This document shows positions 1 through 8,516 of a stretch of 32,000 nucleotides of DNA, piece by piece (within the stretch, counting starts at the first letter, position 1; every line of letters begins with the position of its first letter). The notes below the pieces were generated by a model. The model ran no database searches. It was not told the DNA's origin and was given only the letters and a program-made list of their open reading frames with translations. The translations under genes were made by a program, and so were the position numbers. This DNA is from Phycisphaera mikurensis NBRC 102666 (lineage in GTDB: Bacteria; Planctomycetota; Phycisphaerae; Phycisphaerales; Phycisphaeraceae). The DNA is taken from the NCBI RefSeq assembly GCF_000284115.1, contig NC_017080.1:2940001-2972000 (forward strand), written 5' to 3'.

Positions 1-621
1 GATCGCGTTGCGGGCGACGACGTCGAAGGCGAGCGCCTGGGCGCTCATCCGCGGCGAGGTCGCGATGCCCACGCAGCGCTCGACGCGGCCGGGATGCGTG
101 ATCGCCCAGGTCATCGCCTGGTGCCCGCCCAGCGAGCCGCCGACCACGGCGCGGAGCTTCCCGACCCCGAGGCCGTCGAGCAGGCGGCGCTGCGCCTCGA
201 CCATGTCGGCGATCGTCACGACCGGGAAGTCGGGTCCGTAGACGCGGCCGGTCCGCGGGTCGACGCTCGCCGGCCCGGTGGTGCCGCGGCAGCCGCCGAG
301 CACGTTGGAGCACACGACGTACCACCGCGTGGTGTCGATGCCGTACGCGGACCCCGGTCCGATCAGCCCGTCCCACCAGCCGGCCGCGTCGTCGTCGCCG
401 TGCCGCGCCGCGTGGCTGTCCCCGGTGAGCGCGTGGCACACCAGCACCGCGTTGGAGCCGTCGGGAGCGAGCTCGCCCCAGGTCTCGTAAGCGACCTCCA
501 GCACCGGAAGCTCGCCGCCGAGCGCCAGCGACAGCGGCTCCTCGGACCGCCAGAGGCGACGGTGCGACGAGGCTTCCGCGCCTCGGAGGTCATCGGAGCT
601 GGTCGGGAGGTCGGCACCCAT
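1..621 (-). CDS. metX: Homoserine O-acetyltransferase (MetX family), 5' portion; the gene continues past the left edge
   Basis: Absent from the supplied track because it has no in-window stop. Reverse-strand ATG at 621, in frame to position 1. My translation reads MGADLPTSSDDLRGAEASSHRRRLWRSEEPLSLALGGELPVLEVAYETWGELAPDGSNAVLVCHALTGDSHAARHGDDDAAGWWDGLIGPGSAYGIDTTRWYVVCSNVLGGCRGTTGPASVDPRTGRVYGPDFPVVTIADMVEAQRRLLDGLGVGKLRAVVGGSLGGHQAMTWAITHPGRVERCVGIATSPRMSAQALAFDVVARNAI. This fits the MetX alpha/beta-hydrolase pattern, including the CHALTG block and the GGSLGG nucleophile elbow. Confidence 0.85.
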   Translation of the reverse strand, partial: MGADLPTSSDDLRGAEASSHRRLWRSEEPLSLALGGELPVLEVAYETWGELAPDGSNAVLVCHALTGDSHAARHGDDDAAGWWDGLIGPGSAYGIDTTRWYVVCSNVLGGCRGTTGPASVDPRTGRVYGPDFPVVTIADMVEAQRRLLDGLGVGKLRAVVGGSLGGHQAMTWAITHPGRVERCVGIATSPRMSAQALAFDVVARNAI

Positions 622-638
622 GGAGCCGCGCACCTTAA

Positions 639-2048
639 ATGGACGCCTTGCCGCCCGCGCCCCGCTTTCTCCTGTGCCTGCTCGTCGTCCTGCCGCTGTG
701 GCCCGGGGTGGTCGGCTGCACGAGCACCTCCGACCGCATCCTCGAGTTCCAATCCCGCTACGACCACCGCGCCCTCGCCAGCGCCGAAGCCGCCGCGGAG
801 AGGAGCCTCCGCCGCGACCACCGCCGGCACGCCATCTACTGGAACCTCGAGCTCGGCAAGACCCGCTTCGAGCGCGGCGACCACGCCGGAGCACTGCAAG
901 CCTGGGGCGCGGCGGAGGAGGGCATGGACCGCTGGGCCGTGCGGCCGCCCTTCCGCCTCCGCGAGACGGTGGCCACGACGTCCTGGAACGACCTGCTGCT
1001 CCCCTACCGCGGCCGGGTCACCGAGCGGCTGCTGATGCACACGTACCAGAGCCTCGCCGCCCTCTTCCTCGGCGACACCGAGCGGGCGCAGGTGTTCCGC
1101 CGCCGCGCGTGGCGGACGCAGCTCGAGGCCGAGCAGGTCTTCGGCGACGACCTCGCCGCGGACCGCGCCGCCTTCGAACGCCGCCTCGGCTCGGCCGTGC
1201 CCGACGCCGCCGTCGAGCGTTCGGCACGGTCGGTCACCTCCCGCTGGGACGACCGCGTCCGCGGGCCTTACGCGACGCTGCTCAACCCCTTCACGACGCA
1301 CCAGGCCGCGCTGATGGCGCTCGCCGAGGGCAGCACCGCCGAGGCCGAGGGCCTGCTGGCGCGGGCCGCCGCGATGGTGCCGGGCAACCGCTTCGTGCAG
1401 GCCGACCGCGGCCAGCGCGGCTGGCTGGACGCCGGCGAGCCCCTCGTCTACGTCTACGCCGAGCTTGGGCTCGTGCCCCGCCGGCGGCCGGAGAACCTGA
1501 CGGTGCTGCAGGGATTCACCGGCGTGTCGAGCCTGCCGCTTCCGGTGCTCGTGCCGGCGGAGGGGAGGGCCCGCGGGGTGGTGGCGGACGCAGACCGCGG
1601 GGCCTCGGGAACGACCCGCGGTGCATCGGGGCCGGTGCGCGGCGTCGAGCTCGCCGACCTGGGCGCCGCCACGGCCGCCGCGTTCGAGCGCGAGTTCCCC
1701 GGCGTGCTGCTCCGCGCCGTCACCGGCCTGGCCGCCAAGGAGGCCGCCACCGCCGCCGCGATGAACCAGGCCAGGAGCCCCGAGGAGGCGCTCGCGGTGC
1801 TCGTCGGCGGCTCCCTCTGGAAGCTCGCCGCCGCCGAGCCGGACCTCCGCGGCTGGTCGTCGCTGGGCGACGCGGTCGACCTGCTGCGCGTCCCCCGCCC
1901 CGCCGACGGACGCCTGCGCCTCGAGGTGGTCGGTGGCCGCGGCGCGGGCGTCGACCTCATCCTGCCGGAGGCGCAGGCGATCCTCGTCTACCTGCGCAGC
2001 GTCGACGGCGAGCGGGTGCGGGCCGACGTCGCCGTGCTGGCGCGGTGA
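639..2048 (+). CDS. Putative lipoprotein of unknown function (helical/TPR-like N-terminal half)
   Basis: 469-aa track ORF. The N-terminus MDALPPAPRFLLCLLVVLPLWPGVVGC has a hydrophobic core ending in a lipobox-like VVGC. Composition is coherent, unlike the overlapping Arg/Pro-rich shadow ORFs (363..2177 minus, 620..3064 plus). No family recognised with confidence. Confidence 0.65.
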   Translation: MDALPPAPRFLLCLLVVLPLWPGVVGCTSTSDRILEFQSRYDHRALASAEAAAERSLRRDHRRHAIYWNLELGKTRFERGDHAGALQAWGAAEEGMDRWAVRPPFRLRETVATTSWNDLLLPYRGRVTERLLMHTYQSLAALFLGDTERAQVFRRRAWRTQLEAEQVFGDDLAADRAAFERRLGSAVPDAAVERSARSVTSRWDDRVRGPYATLLNPFTTHQAALMALAEGSTAEAEGLLARAAAMVPGNRFVQADRGQRGWLDAGEPLVYVYAELGLVPRRRPENLTVLQGFTGVSSLPLPVLVPAEGRARGVVADADRGASGTTRGASGPVRGVELADLGAATAAAFEREFPGVLLRAVTGLAAKEAATAAAMNQARSPEEALAVLVGGSLWKLAAAEPDLRGWSSLGDAVDLLRVPRPADGRLRLEVVGGRGAGVDLILPEAQAILVYLRSVDGERVRADVAVLAR

Positions 2049-2080
2049 CCGGCGGCGCGACGCCGCAGAAGGATCGGGCG

Positions 2081-2941
2081 TCACCCACCCGCCGCGGCGT
2101 GATCGCACCCCGGCCCGTCCGCCTCGGCGCAGAGCCGGATGGTCCGGTGCCCCTCCGCGTCGGTCCCGCAGACGCACACCGCCGACGGGTCCCCGGTGAC
2201 CAGCAGCTTGCCCGCCCGCATCACGCTCACGGTGTCCGACGCGACCAGCGCCTCCATCGGGTCGTGCGTCACCATCAAGACGGCCACGCCGGCCGCCCGC
2301 AGCACGGCGAGCGTCTCGGAGCGGACCGACTCCCGCAGCCTCGCGTCCAGGCCGGAGAAGGGCTCGTCGAGCAGCATCACCGCGGGGTCGCGAGCGAGCG
2401 CTCGGGCGAGCGCGACGCGCTGCTGCTGCCCGCCGGAGAGCGTGTGCGGCATCGCGGCGCCGCGGCCCCCCATGCCGACGCGTTCGAGCAGCGCCTCGGC
2501 GGCGGCCCGGCGGTCGCGGCGGCGCAGGTGACGCATGCCGAAGGCGACGTTCCGCCGGACGCAGAGGTGGGGGAACAAGCCGTAGTCCTGGAAGACGATC
2601 CCGACCGGCCGCTTCTCGGGCGGCACGTGCAACCGCCCGTCGTCGACGACCCGATCGTCCACCAGCACCCGCCCGCGCCCGGGCCGCTCGAGGCCCGCAA
2701 TCACGCGGAGCAGCGTCGTCTTCCCGCAGCCGGAGTCGCCGAGCAGGCCGTGCACGCGTCCGGGCTCGAGCGTGAGGCTCACCCCCTTGAGGACCTCCTC
2801 GCCGCGGCCGTAGCGGTGGCGGAGGTTCTGCACGCGGACGCCCCCGCCCGCGCCCCCGCCCGCGGCCGCGGCAACACCGGGCCGACGCCCCGCCACGGTG
2901 AGCGGCGTCGGGGGGATCGGCTTGGAGGCGATGGCGGTCAT
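2081..2941 (-). CDS. ABC transporter ATP-binding protein, Fe(3+)/FbpC-AfuC-like
   Basis: C-terminal 286 codons of track ORF 2081..4540, starting MTAIASKPIPP at the ATG at 2941. Walker A GDSGCGKTT, signature LSGGQQQRVALARAL, Walker B MLLDEPFSGLD, H-loop VTHD. The ATG overlaps the permease stop (ATGA). Confidence 0.9.
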   Translation of the reverse strand: MTAIASKPIPPTPLTVAGRRPGVAAAAGGGAGGGVRVQNLRHRYGRGEEVLKGVSLTLEPGRVHGLLGDSGCGKTTLLRVIAGLERPGRGRVLVDDRVVDDGRLHVPPEKRPVGIVFQDYGLFPHLCVRRNVAFGMRHLRRRDRRAAAEALLERVGMGGRGAAMPHTLSGGQQQRVALARALARDPAVMLLDEPFSGLDARLRESVRSETLAVLRAAGVAVLMVTHDPMEALVASDTVSVMRAGKLLVTGDPSAVCVCGTDAEGHRTIRLCAEADGPGCDHAAAGG

Positions 2942-4578
2942 GGTCGCTCTTCTCTGCGCGTGAGCAGCGCCGACAGTACGACGACCGGCAGCAGCCCGAG
3001 CCCGATGATCGCCAGCGCCGCCGAGGACGCTTCCTCGAGCCGCTCGTCGCTGGCGAGCTGGTAGACCCGGACCGCGAGGGTGTCGAAGTCGAAGGGCCGG
3101 AGCATCAGCGTCACCGGCAGCTCCTTCACGACGTCGACGAAGACCAGCAGCAGCGCCGCGAGCAGCGGCGCCCGCAGCAGCGGGAGGAGCACCACGAGCG
3201 TGAGCCGCCAGCCGCCGGCGCCCAGCGAGCGGGCCGCGTCGTCGACGCTCCTCCGCACGCGGCCCAGGCCCGACTCGATCATCGCCAGCGCGACGCCCAG
3301 GAAGCGGACCTGGTAGCCGATCACCACCGCCGCCACGCCGCCGGTGAGCAGCAGGCCCGTCGGCGTGCCGAACAGACGCACCGCCCCGCGGTGCAGGTGG
3401 AGGTCGATCCAGGCGAGCGGGCCGAGCAGGCCGACAGCGATCACCGTTCCCGGCAACGCGTAGCCGAAGCCCGCGACGCGGCGGGCGGAGCCGGTGAGGA
3501 CCGATCCGCGCAGCCGATCCCCCAGCGCCACGGTCAACGCGAGCGCCACCGCGAGGGCCGCCGCACCCGCCGCGAGCCCGAGCGTCCGCGGCGCGTGCGT
3601 CCGCAGCACCTCCCGCGACCGCTCGTCGCCTTCGGCGAGGGTCATGTGCGCGAACAGCAGCGCCGGCCCGAGGAAGCCGACCGCCACCGGCAGCGCGCAG
3701 GCGAGGAAGGCCCCGGACGCCGCGAGCGGCCCGAGCCGGAACGGGCGCAGCGGCGCCTGCCGCTGCGTGGGGGCGTGGTGCCTCGCCCGCCGCCGGGCGA
3801 GGCCCTCGGCGAGCACCAGCACCGCCACCGCGCCCAGCAGCACCGACGCCAGCTGCGCCGCCGCCGTCGGCGACTCCAGGCTCTTCCACGCGCGGTAGAC
3901 GCCGGTCGCGAAGGTGTCGACGGCGAAGTAGTCGGCTACGCCGAAGTCGGCCAGCGTCTCCATCAGCACCAGCACCAGCCCCGCCGCGATCCCCGGCCGG
4001 GCCATCGGCAACGCGACGTGGAAGAAGCTGCCCCATGGCCCGCGGCCCAGCGTGCGGCCCAGCTCCATCGCCACGCCGGATTGCCCCTGGAAGGCGGTCC
4101 GGGCCGCGAGGAACACGTACGGGCCCAGCCCGAAGCCGAGGATCACCGCGGCGCCGCCCAGCGAGCGGATCTCCGGGAACCAGCCGTCCAGCGACGCGAC
4201 CGCCGGCGTCGCCCGCAGCCACGACCGCACCGGGCCGGCGAACTGCAGGAGGTCCGTCCACGCGTAGGCCGCCAGCCACGCCGGCACCGCCAGCGGCAGC
4301 AGCAGCGCCCAGCGGAACACCGCCCGCCCCGGAAAGCGGCACATCGTCACCAGCCAGGCCGTGCCCACGCCGGTCGCCGCCGCGATCACCCCGGTCGCCG
4401 CCGCCAGCAGCGCCGTCGCCGTCGCGTACCCGGCCATCCGGGTTTGGACGAGGTGGAACCACGCGTCGTCGAAGCCCTGGAACAGGCTCGCGAGCACGCG
4501 GAGCACCGGCAGCGAGATCAACGCCGCGACGAGCAGGCACGCGATGGCCCAGCCGCTGAGGCGGGGCGACGGCCTCAA
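2938..4578 (-). CDS. ABC transporter permease, fused two-domain FbpB/AfuB-like (iron(III) type)
   Basis: In frame within track ORF 2938..5046. About 12 hydrophobic segments in two repeated MetI-like halves (..LADFGVADYF.. and ..VKELPVTLMLRPFDFDTL..). No in-frame ATG precedes the first TM helix (WAIACLLVAALISLPVL). The TTG at 4578 overlaps the SBP stop TGA (4575-4577) as TTGA, suggesting translational coupling. The start codon is inferred. Confidence 0.85.
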   Translation of the reverse strand: MRPSPRLSGWAIACLLVAALISLPVLRVLASLFQGFDDAWFHLVQTRMAGYATATALLAAATGVIAAATGVGTAWLVTMCRFPGRAVFRWALLLPLAVPAWLAAYAWTDLLQFAGPVRSWLRATPAVASLDGWFPEIRSLGGAAVILGFGLGPYVFLAARTAFQGQSGVAMELGRTLGRGPWGSFFHVALPMARPGIAAGLVLVLMETLADFGVADYFAVDTFATGVYRAWKSLESPTAAAQLASVLLGAVAVLVLAEGLARRRARHHAPTQRQAPLRPFRLGPLAASGAFLACALPVAVGFLGPALLFAHMTLAEGDERSREVLRTHAPRTLGLAAGAAALAVALALTVALGDRLRGSVLTGSARRVAGFGYALPGTVIAVGLLGPLAWIDLHLHRGAVRLFGTPTGLLLTGGVAAVVIGYQVRFLGVALAMIESGLGRVRRSVDDAARSLGAGGWRLTLVVLLPLLRAPLLAALLLVFVDVVKELPVTLMLRPFDFDTLAVRVYQLASDERLEEASSAALAIIGLGLLPVVVLSALLTRREERP

Positions 4579-5618
4579 CGCCAGCCGGCCCGGTCCATGA
4601 TCTTCACCGCCTCGCGATTGAGCGAGCCCAGCTCCGACGCGTTGAGCGTGTCCTCCTTGAAGCCGCCGAAGCCCTCGAGCACGCCGGTCAGCCCGACCCC
4701 CGGCACCACCGGATACTCGAAATTGGCCAGCGCGTACAGCCTCTGCCCCTCGTCGCTCACGAGGAACGCGATGAACGCCAGCGCGTTGTCGCGGTTGGGT
4801 GCCGAGGCGACCACCCCCGCCCCCGAGACGTTCACGTGCGCCCCGCGGCCGTCTTGGTCGGGGAAGACCAGCGTCAGCTTCTCCGCCGCCGCCCGGTCCT
4901 CCGCGTCGTCCCCCGCCAGCATCCGCGCGATGTAGTAGTGGTTCGCCACCGCGACCGATCCCTCGCCCGCGGCCGCCGCCCGCGCCTGGTCGCGGTCGCC
5001 GCCCTGGGGCGTGCGGGCCAGGTTCTCGACCACGCCCTCGCACCACGTTGCGGCTTGATCTTCCCCGGCGTTGGCGATCAGAGACGCCACCAACGACTGG
5101 TTGTAGACGTTCCCGCTCGAGCGGATCAGCAGCTCACCCCGGAGCGACGGATCGGCCAGGCCCTCGTACGTCGCCACCGCGGGAGCGCCGGGCGCCCGCA
5201 GGATCACCCGCACCCGCTTGCTCACGCCGAACCAGAGGCCGTCGGGGTGGCGGAGGTTCGCGGGGATCCGCGCCTCCAGCGCTGCGCTCTCCACCGGCTC
5301 CAAGACGCCGCGGTCGACAGCCAGCTGCAGCCGCCCCGCGTCCACCGCGATGAAGACGTCCGCCGGCGAGAGCTCCCCCTCCCGCTGGATCCGAGCGAGC
5401 AGAACGTCGGCATCGGCCTCGATCGTCTTCACGGCGATGCCGGTCTTCTTGGTAAAGGCCTCGTAGAGCGCTTCGTCGGAGTCGTAGTGTCGGGAGGTGT
5501 AGAGGTTGACGATGCCCTCCGCCGAAGCCGGCGGGCCGGCGGGCAGCACGGCCGCGGCGGCGGCGAGCAGCGGGACGAGAACGGGTGCGAGCCATCGGGC
5601 GGAGCGGGAGCGATGCAT
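4575..5618 (-). CDS. Fe(3+) ABC transporter substrate-binding protein (FbpA/AfuA/FutA-like)
   Basis: In frame within track ORF 4575..6146, from the ATG at 5618: MHRSRSARWLAPVLVPLLAAAAAVLPAGPPASAEG (signal peptide), then IVNLYTSRHYDSDEALYEAFTKKTGIAVKTIEADADVLLARIQREGELSPADVFIAVDAGRL, typical of ferric-binding periplasmic proteins. First gene of the SBP-permease-ATPase operon. Confidence 0.85.
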   Translation of the reverse strand: MHRSRSARWLAPVLVPLLAAAAAVLPAGPPASAEGIVNLYTSRHYDSDEALYEAFTKKTGIAVKTIEADADVLLARIQREGELSPADVFIAVDAGRLQLAVDRGVLEPVESAALEARIPANLRHPDGLWFGVSKRVRVILRAPGAPAVATYEGLADPSLRGELLIRSSGNVYNQSLVASLIANAGEDQAATWCEGVVENLARTPQGGDRDQARAAAAGEGSVAVANHYYIARMLAGDDAEDRAAAEKLTLVFPDQDGRGAHVNVSGAGVVASAPNRDNALAFIAFLVSDEGQRLYALANFEYPVVPGVGLTGVLEGFGGFKEDTLNASELGSLNREAVKIMDRAGWR

Positions 5619-5806
5619 GGCGGTCTGGAGCGGGAGTGGCGGGGTCGCCGCCGGGCTCGCTCCGGAGACGGAGCGACTGCGACCCAAGGAGTCGGAGATT
5701 AGCGGGCGGTCCCGCCCCCGCGTCCGCCCGCCCCGGGCGGGTTCCCGCAGCCCGGCTCCTCCGGCCCGACCCGGAGCCGACGCTGCCGCGGGTGGAGGGG
5801 GCCAGT

Positions 5807-5835
5807 TTGAACTGCGATTGATCTTGTCGTAGTCT
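5807..5835 (+). promoter_or_regulatory. Candidate sigma-70-type promoter for the PEP-CTERM gene pair (TTGAAC-17 nt-TAGTCT)
   Basis: This is the only AT-rich island in the 271-bp divergent region between the iron SBP gene and the 5890 gene. TTGAAC at 5807-5812, a 17-nt spacer, TAGTCT at 5830-5835, and GGAGA 7 nt upstream of the ATG at 5890. Motif match only. Confidence 0.35.
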
Positions 5836-5889
5836 TCCGACGCGACGGCCCGGACCCGGGACCGCACCCCAAGCCCCTGGAGAATCGTC

Positions 5890-6645
5890 ATGTTCCGCCC
5901 GACCCCCTTGGCCACCGCCGCGGTGGCCGCCGCCGCCGCCCTCCCTGGCGCCGCCGACACGCTGGACCTGGACCTGGTCGCCGACGACGGCAGCCGCTTC
6001 ATCGAGTACTTCAGCGGCGTCTTCGCCGAACTCGGCCAGCCCCGCCCGGACGGGTCCGGCGGCGTGGCGTCCGGCGCCGACGCCTTCTTCGACCTCTCCG
6101 CCGAGTCCGCCGCCTTCCAGGCCGACCCGTTCGGCAACGAGGCCACGGCTCACGCCGTCCCGCCTTTCGGTGGGCCCGCAACGGTCTTCGACAACGGCCG
6201 GGCCTTCTCCGCGTCCTACACGCTCGACTACGACGACAGCGGGCTCGCCGGCGGCACCGGCGTCGCCTCCGTCACCGGGCTCGCCCTGGACTTCACCCGG
6301 GACGTCGCCGGCGGGACGGACGCGACGATCTTCGCCTCGGACTACACGACCACCGTGAGCGGAGTCGTTGGGACCGCGACGTTCGTCCAAGGCGAGGCCG
6401 CCTCCGTGGCGGTGGAAGCCCAGGTCGCGCTGCAGTTTCCCGGGAGCACCCCGCTCAGCGGGACCTTCCGCCTGACCGGCGACCGCTTCGCGCTCGCCGT
6501 CGACGACAGCCTCGAGACCGGCTTCGGCAGCGCCCGCTACGTGTGGGACCTGACCGGCTCCGTGGCGAACGTGCCCGAGCCCGCCTCCGCCGCCCTGCTC
6601 GCCGCCGGCGGCCTGCTGCTGGGTGCCCGCCGCCGCCGCGCCTGA
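5890..6645 (+). CDS. PEP-CTERM sorting-domain secreted protein (hypothetical)
   Basis: 251-aa track ORF. Signal peptide MFRPTPLATAAVAAAAALPGAA. The C-terminus [24 protein letters not shown] is a canonical PEP-CTERM motif followed by a TM helix and an Arg cluster. Confidence 0.85.
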   Translation: MFRPTPLATAAVAAAAALPGAADTLDLDLVADDGSRFIEYFSGVFAELGQPRPDGSGGVASGADAFFDLSAESAAFQADPFGNEATAHAVPPFGGPATVFDNGRAFSASYTLDYDDSGLAGGTGVASVTGLALDFTRDVAGGTDATIFASDYTTTVSGVVGTATFVQGEAASVAVEAQVALQFPGSTPLSGTFRLTGDRFALAVDDSLETGFGSARYVWDLTGSVANVPEPASAALLAAGGLLLGARRRRA

Positions 6646-6679
6646 TCGCCTTCCGCCCCACCGCCCCGACCACCACGCG

Positions 6680-7582
6680 ATGAAACCCGCCCTCCCCACC
6701 GCCGCCGGCCTCGCGGCGCTCGTGCTCGCCCCCGCCGCCGCCGCCGCCCCGACCGGCTTCGGCCTCACCGGCTCCGACGCCGAAGGCTACTTCGCCGTCG
6801 TGGGCTTCAACCAGGAGGGCGGCATCCAGCCCTCGGACTTGAGCCGCGATCCGGCCAGCCCGAAGTTCTTCGACTACCCGTCGTACGCGAACCCGAGCAT
6901 CGCCGCGAACACCTACGTGTTCTCGGTCGAGCCCTACCGGTTCGGGCTGAGCTACCCCGACCCGCTGCACCCCACCGGCTCGGCCACCTTCGCGAGCATC
7001 GACCGGGTCGTGGAGGGCGTGACCGAAGACGCCGACTTCGCGGACTTCGCCATCGGCGGGTTCCGCTTCGACGGCTCCGCGGTGACCGGCGTGGGGACCG
7101 AGATCGTGGGAGCCGATGCGTTGACGCTCACGCTCGACGGCACCGACTTCGAATCGAGGAACCGCAACGCCTTCCAGGGAACGCCCGGCGACCCGGGCGG
7201 CCGCTCGAACAACAACGAGTTCGCCAACATCGTGAGCTTCACGCAGAGCGGCAGCACCGGCACCGGCCTCACCTTCGAAAAAGGCGTGCTCGCCGCCATC
7301 GACCTCGTCGTCAACGTGAACGTCAACAGCACGGCCGCCGCCGCGGGATCCCCCAGCGCCTTCATCGGCTTCGACGCCGCCGGGACGCTGACCTTCTCCG
7401 GCGATCGGTTCGCGTTCGACATCGACGGGACCGACAGCTCGCCTTTCGGTCAGAACGTCCGCGTGCTGCTCAACCGCAGCGGGACCCTCGACGCGGTCGG
7501 CGCCTTCGTGGTGCCCGAGCCGGCCTCCGCCGCCCTGCTGGCCGCGGGGACGGCGCTGCTTGCCCGCCGGCGCCGCGGCTGA
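6680..7582 (+). CDS. PEP-CTERM sorting-domain secreted protein, paralog of the upstream gene
   Basis: Within track ORF 6623..7582. The likely start is the ATG at 6680 ([24 protein letters not shown] signal peptide). C-terminus [23 protein letters not shown]. It shares a pre-tail block with the 5890 gene ([15 protein letters not shown] versus FRLTGDRFALAVDDS). Confidence 0.85.
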   Translation: MKPALPTAAGLAALVLAPAAAAAPTGFGLTGSDAEGYFAVVGFNQEGGIQPSDLSRDPASPKFFDYPSYANPSIAANTYVFSVEPYRFGLSYPDPLHPTGSATFASIDRVVEGVTEDADFADFAIGGFRFDGSAVTGVGTEIVGADALTLTLDGTDFESRNRNAFQGTPGDPGGRSNNNEFANIVSFTQSGSTGTGLTFEKGVLAAIDLVVNVNVNSTAAAAGSPSAFIGFDAAGTLTFSGDRFAFDIDGTDSSPFGQNVRVLLNRSGTLDAVGAFVVPEPASAALLAAGTALLARRRRG

Positions 7583-7664
7583 CCCCGGCTCCTTGACGCC
7601 CCCTCCGCTCGGCTCCCGCGGGCGGTGGTTTCCGCCCGAACCCGGCACGCTCCCTGGACCGCTC

Positions 7665-8516
7665 ATGCGCCGCTCCGCCTGCTCTCACCGCGCCTTCACG
7701 CTCATCGAGTTGCTGGTGGTGATCAGCGTCATCGCGCTGCTGATCGGCATCCTCCTGCCGGCGCTGGGAGCGGCCCGCGGCGCAGCACGCGGCGTGCTGT
7801 GCCTCTCCCAGCTCCGGCAGATCCTGACGGCTTCGCACCTGTACGCGGCCGACCACGACGGACGGCTCCCGCCGCACACCTCGCTCGACCCCACCCTCGA
7901 GAACCCCGACGTCCCGGGCGTCGGCAGCAACGTGTACTGGTGCTGGGCCGAGATCTCCGGCGACCCGGCCCTCGCCCTGCGGTCGGGCTCGGTGGGGCGG
8001 TACCTCCAGGAGGCGACGGCCATCGCCGGGTGCCCCGACTTCGAGACCCCCGACGGCGTCCGCGCGTTCTACACGGGCCTCGGCCGCGTCTACCCCATCG
8101 ACGTCCACTACGCGTACAACGGCCGGATGCTCGGGAAGCCGTCGGCGGCGGGCGCCGCCAACTGGATCCCCTACCGCATCGAGGGGATCGGCGACCCCGG
8201 CTCGACCGTCCTCTTCCACGACAGCGGCTCGCCCGGGTCGGGCGGCACCGAGGTCTGGCCGGAGTTCGAGGCCTACCCCGCCGCACCCGACACCCGGGCC
8301 GGGATGGCCGGAGCGGGCCCGGAGGGGCGGCAGACGGTCCACGCCCGGCACGGGGGCGACGACGCGAACGTCGCCTGGGTCGATGGCCACGCCAGCAGCC
8401 AGGAGGTGACGTTCGCGTTCTCCGATGCCGCGGAAACCCGGCTCAAGCTCGGCACGCTCGACCCGGACCCCGCGGACGGTGCGAGCAACCAGTGGTGGAA
8501 CGCGGGGTTCAAGTGA
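7665..8516 (+). CDS. Prepilin-type N-terminal cleavage/methylation domain protein (DUF1559 / H-X9-DG-like family)
   Basis: Within track ORF 7560..8516, ATG at 7665. [53 protein letters not shown] is the classic type II secretion/pseudopilin-like N-terminus common in PVC bacteria. The C-terminal [17 protein letters not shown] resembles the H-X9-DG motif. Confidence 0.85.
   Translation: MRRSACSHRAFTLIELLVVISVIALLIGILLPALGAARGAARGVLCLSQLRQILTASHLYAADHDGRLPPHTSLDPTLENPDVPGVGSNVYWCWAEISGDPALALRSGSVGRYLQEATAIAGCPDFETPDGVRAFYTGLGRVYPIDVHYAYNGRMLGKPSAAGAANWIPYRIEGIGDPGSTVLFHDSGSPGSGGTEVWPEFEAYPAAPDTRAGMAGAGPEGRQTVHARHGGDDANVAWVDGHASSQEVTFAFSDAAETRLKLGTLDPDPADGASNQWWNAGFK

Noticed and set aside
249-258. 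Isolated exact arm sequences of the hairpin family at 249-258 and 8528-8537 (CGGTCCGCGG), and at 1156-1165 and 27108-27117 (CCGCGGACCG)
   Set aside because: No partner arm lies at the 26-nt spacing. All four are in CDSs, where they simply encode RSAA, AADR or PRTG with the preferred codons. I treat them as chance half-sites. They also serve as a rough background rate for the family claim.
363-3064. Long track ORFs 363..2177 (minus, 604 aa) and 620..3064 (plus, 814 aa)
   Set aside because: They are Arg/Pro/Gly/Ala-rich low-complexity translations. They overlap the coherent lipoprotein gene and the ABC ATPase in other frames. These are typical high-GC shadow ORFs.
5805-5835. Possible Fur box in the AT-rich island upstream of the iron ABC operon
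   Set aside because: GACAAGATCAATCGCAGTTC has no convincing dyad symmetry or match to the GATAATGATAATCATTATC consensus. I kept it only as a candidate promoter for the opposite gene.
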